Shown: piece by piece, positions 26,371 to 33,522 of the stretch
Numbering within the stretch: position 1 is the first letter of the stretch
How the letters are laid out: each line of letters starts with the position of its first letter
Notes under the pieces: model-generated
Databases searched by the model: none
What the model was told of the DNA's origin: nothing
The model's input: only the letters and a program-made list of their open reading frames with translations
DNA from: Bacteroidota bacterium
GTDB taxonomy: Bacteria > Bacteroidota > Bacteroidia > Bacteroidales > VadinHA17
Assembly (NCBI GenBank): GCA_025350595.1
Contig: JANXXP010000273.1
Location: 1,988-65,987, forward strand
Direction: 5' to 3'
Length of the DNA: 64,000 nt
Position numbers and translations under genes: made by a program

Positions 26371-27861
26371 ATGAAAAGTATATTACAACAGATTGCCGAT
26401 AAAAGCAGACAGAAAGAAAAAGCCGAAGCTGACGCTATCAAAGCAGAACTTGCCAATCCTTCTACACCAAATGATCGTCGTAATTTTCTCAAAAAAGCTG
26501 CTCTTGGAGGCATAGCCCTTGGAGGAATGATGAGATTCTCTATCGAAGATACAATTGCTCAAACAACCTCTAACTTTCAACGCTCCTCAGCACCCTCAGA
26601 ACTGAAGATTACAGATATGCGTATTGCAGTTACCGGCAATGTTGGCCGCACAACAATTATCCGTATAGACACAAATCAGGGTATTTATGGCTTAGGTGAA
26701 GTAAGAGATGGCGCAGACGAGCGTTATGCTCTTATGCTTAAAAGTCGCATTTTAGGATTGAACCCCTGCAACGTTGAGATGCTTTTTAAAATAATAAAGC
26801 AATTCGGATATCATGGTCGTCAGGGTGGTGGAGTGTGTGCTGTTGAAATGGCTTTGTGGGACCTTTGCGGAAAAGCTTATGGTGTTCCGGCATGGCAGCT
26901 TCTCGGGGGTCGGTATCGCGATAAAATCAGACTTTATGCAGACACACCTGGTGCAAGAGATCCTCAGGCATTTGCCCTTACAATGAAGAAGAGAGTTGAA
27001 GAACAGGGATTTACCTGGCTAAAAATGGACCTTGGTATTCATGTTGTTGCCAATATTCCGGATGCACTTGTTAACACCAAAATCTGGGACGGTGCAACAG
27101 GCCAGTATGATCTTAAAGAATATATGGGTTATGGAAATACCTTACACCCTTTTACCCAGGTTCAGATCACCGATAAAGGGTTGGCAGGATTAACGGAATA
27201 TGTTGAAGATGTCAGAAATGCAGTTGGGTATGAAATACCTCTCTGTGCTGATCACTTCGGCCATTTTGATGTAAACAACGCGATCCGCTTTGGGAAAGCT
27301 ATGGATAAATACAGACTTGCATGGCTCGAAGACATGGTTCCATGGTTCTACACTGACCAGAACAAAATGTTATCTGATGCTCTTGAAACACCTATCGCAA
27401 CAGGCGAAGACATCTATATGCTTAAAGGAGGTTTTAAACCTTTATTAGACGCTCGTGCTGTTGACATAATACAACCAGACCTAGGTACGTCAGGCGGTCT
27501 TCTGGAAACAAAAAGAATCGGGGATTATGCTGAGGAATGTGCTGTATCAATGGCAATGCACATGGCTGGATCTCCTGTATGTTTTATGGCAAACGTTCAT
27601 TGCGCAGCTGCAACTCAGAACTTCCTGGCGCTCGAACATCACAGTGTTGATTCTCCATGGTGGGGTAATATGGTCAGGATGACTGGCAGCAAACCAATGA
27701 TTACAAAAGGTTTCGCAAACGTCCCTCTCGATTCTCCGGGATTGGGAATTGAACTCAATGATGAAGAGGTTAAAAAACATCTGAATCCTAAGGCAAAAGG
27801 TTACTTTGAGCCAACTCCTGAGTGGGATGAAAAACGTTCACACGACAGGCTCTGGAGCTAA
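26371..27861 (+). CDS. Enolase-superfamily dehydratase (MR/MLE family) with a twin-arginine leader
   Basis: 'NDRRNFLKKAALGGIALGG' is a Tat motif. MR/MLE blocks are 'GIYGLGEV', 'AVEMALWDLCGKAYGVPAWQLLGG', 'LCADHFGH', 'LAWLEDM', 'IATGEDI' and 'DIIQPD'. Confidence 0.8.
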   Translation: MKSILQQIADKSRQKEKAEADAIKAELANPSTPNDRRNFLKKAALGGIALGGMMRFSIEDTIAQTTSNFQRSSAPSELKITDMRIAVTGNVGRTTIIRIDTNQGIYGLGEVRDGADERYALMLKSRILGLNPCNVEMLFKIIKQFGYHGRQGGGVCAVEMALWDLCGKAYGVPAWQLLGGRYRDKIRLYADTPGARDPQAFALTMKKRVEEQGFTWLKMDLGIHVVANIPDALVNTKIWDGATGQYDLKEYMGYGNTLHPFTQVQITDKGLAGLTEYVEDVRNAVGYEIPLCADHFGHFDVNNAIRFGKAMDKYRLAWLEDMVPWFYTDQNKMLSDALETPIATGEDIYMLKGGFKPLLDARAVDIIQPDLGTSGGLLETKRIGDYAEECAVSMAMHMAGSPVCFMANVHCAAATQNFLALEHHSVDSPWWGNMVRMTGSKPMITKGFANVPLDSPGLGIELNDEEVKKHLNPKAKGYFEPTPEWDEKRSHDRLWS

Positions 27862-27898
27862 AAATGAAGTTAAAATAAAATTATTACAGACATAAATA

Positions 27899-29155
27899 AT
27901 GGGAAACCAGCTTTCAATGAAACGTTGGTATCGATTGATACCTATAGCGTTTATTACCTATAGTCTTGCTTATCTCGATCGTGCTAATTTCGGATTCGCC
28001 GCAGCAGGTGGAATGGCAAAAGATCTGAATATTACTGCAGCAATGTCTTCCCTGCTTGGCTCTCTTTTCTTTCTTGGCTATTTCTTCTTTCAAATCCCCG
28101 GGGCTGTCTATGCATCAAAAAAAAGTGCCAAAAAACTAATATTCTGGTCACTGATTCTTTGGGGCGTACTTGCAATGGCAACAGGGATGATAAGAAATGT
28201 TTCTGCTTTGATTGTAATAAGATTTTTGCTGGGTGTTGTTGAAAGCGCCGTCATGCCTTCAATGTTAGTTTTTTTAAGCATGTGGTTTACAAAATCTGAA
28301 CGTTCAAGGGCTAATACTTTTCTGATTCTTGGCAATCCGGTTACAATATTATGGATGTCTGTTTTATCCGGATATTTAATACATTCTGTTGGCTGGCGCT
28401 GGATGTTTATACTGGAAGGTCTGCCAGCAATAGTCTGGGCATTTTTATGGTGGAAACTCGTAGTTGACAGGCCATCAGACGCCAAATGGCTGACAGATGA
28501 TGAAAAGAATGATCTGCAGACACAACTGGATAAAGAGCAACTGGATATTAAACCAGTTAAGAATTACTCAGTAGCATTCAGGTCAAGGATTGTCATTCTG
28601 CTTTGTTTTCAGTACGCTTTATGGTGCATTGGCGTATATGGTTTTGTAATGTGGCTGCCATCTATTATTAATGCAGCTCCTGACTCAAACATTGTAAAAA
28701 CCGGATGGCTGGCATCAGTACCATATCTATTAGCTATCATTGGCATGCTAACAGCATCATATTACTCAGATAAAACATTAAAGAGAAAATCGTTTATCTG
28801 GCCATTTCTTCTGATCGGCTCTTTAGCCTTTTATGGTTCCTACCTGATTGGCACTACCAACTTCTGGCTGTCATATACACTTCTGGTTATTGCAGGCGGA
28901 GCTATGTACGCACCTTATGGACCATTCTTCGCAGTTATTACTGAAGTTTTGCCGCGTAATGTATCTGCTGGTGCTATCGCACTGATCAATAGTCTCGGTG
29001 CTTTGGGATCTTTTGTTGGTGCTTATATTGTGGGTTATTTAAATGGAACTACAGGCGGATTTGGTGCTTCTTATATCTTCATGGCCGGCTCTCTCTTTGT
29101 TTCAGCTATATTGACTATGATTGCAATAAAAAGTAGTAAGGTAAAGCAGGTTTAA
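27899..29155 (+). CDS. MFS transporter, anion:cation symporter (hexuronate/aldonate/phthalate permease-like) family
   Basis: About 12 hydrophobic segments are visible. The N-terminal 'YSLAYLDRANFGFAA' and the loop 'LGVVESAVMPSMLVFLSMWFTKSERSRA' are typical of the ACS family. Confidence 0.85.
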   Translation: MGNQLSMKRWYRLIPIAFITYSLAYLDRANFGFAAAGGMAKDLNITAAMSSLLGSLFFLGYFFFQIPGAVYASKKSAKKLIFWSLILWGVLAMATGMIRNVSALIVIRFLLGVVESAVMPSMLVFLSMWFTKSERSRANTFLILGNPVTILWMSVLSGYLIHSVGWRWMFILEGLPAIVWAFLWWKLVVDRPSDAKWLTDDEKNDLQTQLDKEQLDIKPVKNYSVAFRSRIVILLCFQYALWCIGVYGFVMWLPSIINAAPDSNIVKTGWLASVPYLLAIIGMLTASYYSDKTLKRKSFIWPFLLIGSLAFYGSYLIGTTNFWLSYTLLVIAGGAMYAPYGPFFAVITEVLPRNVSAGAIALINSLGALGSFVGAYIVGYLNGTTGGFGASYIFMAGSLFVSAILTMIAIKSSKVKQV

Positions 29156-29176
29156 ATTGCTCCTAATTCCAAAGAG

Positions 29177-30115
29177 ATGATAACAATAAATAAGTTTGAC
29201 GTCCAAAAACTCAAAGGGAAATTGGGTAAAATAAGAGACTGGATGAGAATTCATCATCTTCCTCCATTTCTTCTTTTTTTTACTCTGGGTATAATCTCGA
29301 CAATCTGGTTTGCAGAATTTCCCGGAGTTGTTTATACTGATAAATTTTCTTCAAAACATGGAAGGACACTTATTCATCCAACGTCAAAAGAGCTACTCTT
29401 TTATTCAGACAAGAGTCAGAATGACAAACTCTATGACATTATGGAAAATGCAGATTACCTGATAAATACTGCAATGTTTAAACCGCACGTATCGGCTGGA
29501 ATCTCATTAACTGCCAAAAATCATTTTGGTTCACAAGCCAGGGAAACTGCAGGGCATCTGCATTATGCTCTTATCAATCCCAGGTTTGGAGTCCCGTCAA
29601 ATGGAGGTTACCATCAATACCGTGTTCTTGTTGACCTCATGGGTTGTAAATACCTCGGGCAGAACACCGTTCTTTACCTTGTTGATGGATTATTTGGCGG
29701 AGGAGGAACAGAAACGTCTCCGCCTGTAAAATATTTTATGGTGCCTTTCAATAGCGACTATTGCAACTCAATATTTGTTTCTCAGGATCAGGTCGCTCTT
29801 GAATCAGTGTGTTTCGATTTTCTTAGAACCGAATGGAACGGAATAAATAAGCACGATCCTATAAACAATAAACCGGAAAATGGTCCGAATATGAATGGAG
29901 TGGATGATTATCTTCATCAGGCTGCTGATGCAGCTAACTGGCCTGCCGGAATAGTCTACGATCCTGACAACAGCGGCAAACCTTTACCATCACTGGGCAC
30001 TCACGAGCACTGGAATAATGCTGAAAAGAAGCTGTATTCGCGAAATCTTGGTTTTGACAAAGGCATTGAACTGGTCTCAATTCCTGACACACTTGTAAAA
30101 AATAAATTGAAATAG
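29177..30115 (+). CDS. DUF362-family protein (paralogue C) carrying a roughly 270-codon in-frame internal deletion
   Basis: Residues 1-45 align with residues 1-45 of paralogue A ('KLKGKLGKIRDWM..HH.PP.LLFF.LGIISTIWF'). Residue 46 onward ('AEFPGVVYTDKFSSKHGRTL') aligns with paralogue A from about residue 317 ('KEFPGVSYVDKFSASHGRTL'). The PKPSRATYPCMQ motif and the N-terminal half of the domain are absent. Confidence 0.7.
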   Translation: MITINKFDVQKLKGKLGKIRDWMRIHHLPPFLLFFTLGIISTIWFAEFPGVVYTDKFSSKHGRTLIHPTSKELLFYSDKSQNDKLYDIMENADYLINTAMFKPHVSAGISLTAKNHFGSQARETAGHLHYALINPRFGVPSNGGYHQYRVLVDLMGCKYLGQNTVLYLVDGLFGGGGTETSPPVKYFMVPFNSDYCNSIFVSQDQVALESVCFDFLRTEWNGINKHDPINNKPENGPNMNGVDDYLHQAADAANWPAGIVYDPDNSGKPLPSLGTHEHWNNAEKKLYSRNLGFDKGIELVSIPDTLVKNKLK

Positions 30116-30143
30116 ATTGATAAACAACTTCAAATAATCTTAT

Positions 30144-31280
30144 ATGAAAGACAACCGCAGAGATTTTCTCAAAAAAGGAGCATCACTTGCAGCAGCAATA
30201 TCTGTTGGTGGCATAGCATCTGCAATTTCTTCCCCGGCAGTATCTGATAAAAAAGCTGCCAAAACGAAACCATATGTAAAGGATGCAGGGATAAAATTTG
30301 CTTTCCTTATGGGGCCTACTTCACCAAAAGTTCCTTTTGCACGGCAAATGGGAGTACTTCATGCAGTATCAGGAGTAGAAAGATTGCAGGGAGCAAAGGC
30401 ATGGGATCCGGCTGCTATAACTGCAACTAAGGAGATCTGGGCTAAAGAAGGAATAAAATGGACTGTGGTTGAAGGACCACCATCATTGGGAACCCTGACT
30501 AAACTCGGATTGGAAGGAAAGGATGAAGAGATTTCAAACTTCATTACATTTATGAAAAATCTTAAGCAATACGGAGATGTGGATGTTATCTGCTACAACT
30601 GGATGCCTGTCATTAGCTGGGCCCGTACCAAAATGGACAACCCAGGTCGTGGGGGAGCGCTTGTTACTGCTTTTGATTATGAAGATATGAAAGGAAAGCC
30701 TTTGACACAATATGGTGAAATTTCAAAAGAACTTCTCTGGAAAAACCTTGAATATTTTCTTAAAGCAGTTGTTCCTGAAGCAGAGAAAATCGGAATGAAC
30801 CTGTCTCTACATCCGGATGATCCTCAAGTTGATAGTATTCAGGGGATTTCACGTATCCTGAATTCAGTATCTAACTTCGACCGGATGCTTGATATTTATC
30901 CAAGCAAATACAACGGATTAACAATGTGCCAGGGGAACTTTTCATTAATGGGGGCAGATATCCCGGCACTGGTGAGACGATGGGGTAAAAGAGGAGTAAT
31001 TAACTTTGTTCATTTCAGAAGTGTACAGGATCTTAGCGGTGTGATACCAAGCACTAAATTCACAGAGTGTTTCCACGATGAAGGCCAGATTAACATGTAC
31101 GAAGCTATGAAAGCCTATTATGATATAGGATTCAATGGTCCTCTCAGACCCGACCATGTGCCTACTATGTTTGGAGAAACAAACGAACGACCAGGTTATA
31201 TGACTCTGGGTAACCTATACGCAACAGGATACATCAGGGGTCTTGCAGAATCTGTTGCAAAAGAAAGAAGCAAATCCTAA
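30144..31280 (+). CDS. uxuA: Mannonate dehydratase (UxuA) family protein with a twin-arginine leader
   Basis: UxuA blocks are 'ICYNWMPVISWARTKMD', 'LSLHPDDPQ', 'TMCQGNF', 'VHFRSV', 'MYEAMKAY' and 'LRPDHVP...RPGY'. The N-terminus 'MKDNRRDFLKKGASLAAAISVGG' is Tat-like. The canonical N-terminal WRW(Y/F)GP block is not evident. Confidence 0.75.
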   Translation: MKDNRRDFLKKGASLAAAISVGGIASAISSPAVSDKKAAKTKPYVKDAGIKFAFLMGPTSPKVPFARQMGVLHAVSGVERLQGAKAWDPAAITATKEIWAKEGIKWTVVEGPPSLGTLTKLGLEGKDEEISNFITFMKNLKQYGDVDVICYNWMPVISWARTKMDNPGRGGALVTAFDYEDMKGKPLTQYGEISKELLWKNLEYFLKAVVPEAEKIGMNLSLHPDDPQVDSIQGISRILNSVSNFDRMLDIYPSKYNGLTMCQGNFSLMGADIPALVRRWGKRGVINFVHFRSVQDLSGVIPSTKFTECFHDEGQINMYEAMKAYYDIGFNGPLRPDHVPTMFGETNERPGYMTLGNLYATGYIRGLAESVAKERSKS

Positions 31281-31372
31281 AATACTTTTTAATCGCAGAC
31301 AACCGCTGTTAATTCATTTTAGTGCCAGGTTACCCCTATCGGGGGGCTGTTGAAAATGTCGAAATCCATTAA

Positions 31373-31398
31373 AATGCCTGCCCCGCTTCGGCGGGGGT
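31373..31398. repeat. 26-nt GC-rich hairpin repeat, identical to 905-930, between convergent genes
   Basis: 'AATGCCTGCCCCGCTTCGGCGGGGGT' occurs exactly at 905-930 and at 31373-31398. It contains the CCCCGC-TTCG-GCGGGG stem-loop. A second small hairpin, CCCCTATCGGGG, lies at about 31333-31344. Confidence 0.85.
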
Positions 31399-31431
31399 TG
31401 GCTTAGGGGCCTTTCGGTTTAATAAATGAAT

Positions 31432-32727
31432 TTATTTCAGATAATCAGAAATAAACTGCTCTCTTGGTTTATGGAAGTCATCTTCCCATATCTTTGACAG
31501 AGCTCCTTCCGGCTGGTGATGAGGGCGGTAAGGAACTGCGTAAATTATCTTTTTTCCTTTTGCCTGATTAACAACACTATACACCGAAGTAGAAGGACAG
31601 GTCTGATCAATTAACCCTATTTCTACAAAAATAGTTGCTTTGGAGCCCTTCAATATATTAGCGGCATCAAAGTAAGGAAGCGCCTTTTGCATGGCTTCTT
31701 TTGAAGCATCAGACTCATATGGCTGAGGCCAGCCACCCTTTCTGCTTACCAGTGGTCCAAACCAGTCGCACATTGCAGGTACTATTGCAACAACAGCACT
31801 TACCCTGCGATCGAGTCCGGCAGCAACCAAAGCCTGTCCCCCACCCTGACTTTCGCCGATCACAAGAATTCTTTTACCATCCCATTCAGGCTGTCGTGTC
31901 AGAAATTCAATTGTCCGTAATAGCCGCAGATACATTCCCCTGAAATATACTTCATCCCGGCTGGTGACCCCTTTTAGCCAATAGCCTTTGAGCTCACCAT
32001 TCTCCAGATCAGCATAATAACTTTCGGGTTGTCCGTTTAACATACCATGTGCATTCAGATCGAAACAGAGTGTACCTTTTTTCGCATAGTTCATCGCATT
32101 TCCTGGTTCTGAACGGCACCACGAACCTTTTACTCCGGCTGCATGAACAAGCAACACGATCGGAAGAGATTTCGGGGCTGCCTTTTCCGGTTTAGCGAAA
32201 TAACCGCGTACTGGCTTTGGTCCAATACAGTTTAGCTCAATGTTGACACAACTATATCCGGCTTCAATTTTTGGATCATCAACCGGCGTAGTTTTTACAT
32301 CTAATGGCAATGCCTTCAGACTTTTTTTCTGCATATCCCAATAAGCATTGAAGTCACCGGGGATTTTAGCTCCTGGCTTTAGATGCTCAGGATCAACAAT
32401 TGCACCTAATGATGCGGTTTCTGATTTCGATTTTACTTCAGCAATTATTGAACATGATTCTTCAAATGAATCCTCAAATAGAGTTAAATTATCACTGGCA
32501 ATGATAAAGGATTTTTTCTGAAGTACCTGATTATTGTTCTTCAGGACTCTGATGCTTATGGAATCGCCTTTATGACTGCCAACATCAGCCATCATAGTAA
32601 TTTTCTCTCCTTTTTTGTAAATGCCTGATGTGTTAGTTTGTTTCAGAATAATCTCCTGACTCAGTGCAATAACCGAAAAGAAGATCAGAAATAAGTAAGC
32701 ACAAGAAACAGCTGCAATTCTTTTCAT
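31432..32727 (-). CDS. CE7 acetyl-xylan esterase / cephalosporin-C deacetylase family, secreted, with an N-terminal beta-sandwich extension
   Basis: 'ILVIGESQGGGQAL' carries the GxSQG nucleophile. 'VLLVHAAG' and 'YAVPYRPHH' are consistent with the AXE1 fold. A signal peptide is present. Confidence 0.85.
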   Translation of the reverse strand: MKRIAAVSCAYLFLIFFSVIALSQEIILKQTNTSGIYKKGEKITMMADVGSHKGDSISIRVLKNNNQVLQKKSFIIASDNLTLFEDSFEESCSIIAEVKSKSETASLGAIVDPEHLKPGAKIPGDFNAYWDMQKKSLKALPLDVKTTPVDDPKIEAGYSCVNIELNCIGPKPVRGYFAKPEKAAPKSLPIVLLVHAAGVKGSWCRSEPGNAMNYAKKGTLCFDLNAHGMLNGQPESYYADLENGELKGYWLKGVTSRDEVYFRGMYLRLLRTIEFLTRQPEWDGKRILVIGESQGGGQALVAAGLDRRVSAVVAIVPAMCDWFGPLVSRKGGWPQPYESDASKEAMQKALPYFDAANILKGSKATIFVEIGLIDQTCPSTSVYSVVNQAKGKKIIYAVPYRPHHQPEGALSKIWEDDFHKPREQFISDYLK

Positions 32728-32752
32728 TTTATGATTTTTAATCTATTAGTAT

Positions 32753-33389
32753 TTATTTCTTATTCAACCAGTTAAGCCAAAGCTTCAGACTACCAGCCCA
32801 GTAGGCAATATGGTCATTCCCGATTCCCAGACCAAACCCGTGCTTCCCTTCAGAAAGTATGTGCAATTCAGCCGGGACATTATTTGCTCTCAGAGCTTTA
32901 TACATTAGGAGAGTATTTTCAACCGGGACATCTTTATCGTCGTCTGCATGAACAAAAAATGCAGGAGGGGTATCCTTTGTTACCTGTAATTCATTTGAAT
33001 AATGATTCAGAAGATTCTTATCAGGATTCTTCCCGAGCAAAGCATCGCGGGAGCCGGTACTTTAAAACAATCCCGGCAACACCTATTGAATTCAAATATC
33101 TGGCTATATCTGTGCCTTCCAGATCATAAGCCAGAATCCAGTACCCGCCTCCCGGACATATTAATACAGCTTGTCCGGTTGCAAACTTTTTTGTTGGCAG
33201 ATAAACCGAAATATCAGGATTCTGTACATCAGAAATAGCGATAATATCGGATTTGTCTATCTTCTCAGATGAACCTGTATTTTTTGAATTTGGAATAGTC
33301 CCGTTATAGATAGGCAAAACATAATTCTGGGCCGAAATAAGGAATAAATTAAAAACAGGGAGAACAAAAAGAATGAGTAATTTTTTCAT
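32753..33389 (-). pseudogene. Alpha/beta-hydrolase (BD-FAE-type carbohydrate esterase) disrupted by an internal deletion with a frameshift
   Basis: The N-terminal ORF (33389->33021) ends '...LICPGGGYWILAY...GIVLKYRLPRCFAREES*'. The C-terminal frame (33040->32753) opens '...STGSRDALLGKNPDK...FFVHADDDKDV...GKHGFG'. The two frames overlap by 20 nt. No GxSxG nucleophile segment is present in either part. Confidence 0.7.
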
Positions 33390-33478
33390 AAAAAATTTTT
33401 ATGGATTATTAATTTAAAGTTAACAAATATAATAATCAGATTCAAAGGGCCAATGTAGGTTTTTAAGCATCAAATAAA

Positions 33479-33486
33479 TATATTTG
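33479..33486 (+). promoter_or_regulatory. Candidate Bacteroidota -7 promoter box (TAnnTTTG) upstream of kdgK
   Basis: TATATTTG lies at 33479-33486, 37 nt upstream of the ATG at 33523, in the divergent intergenic region. Confidence 0.3.
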
Positions 33487-33522
33487 TCTTAAACAATACC
33501 AATTATATCAAAACAAAAATAT

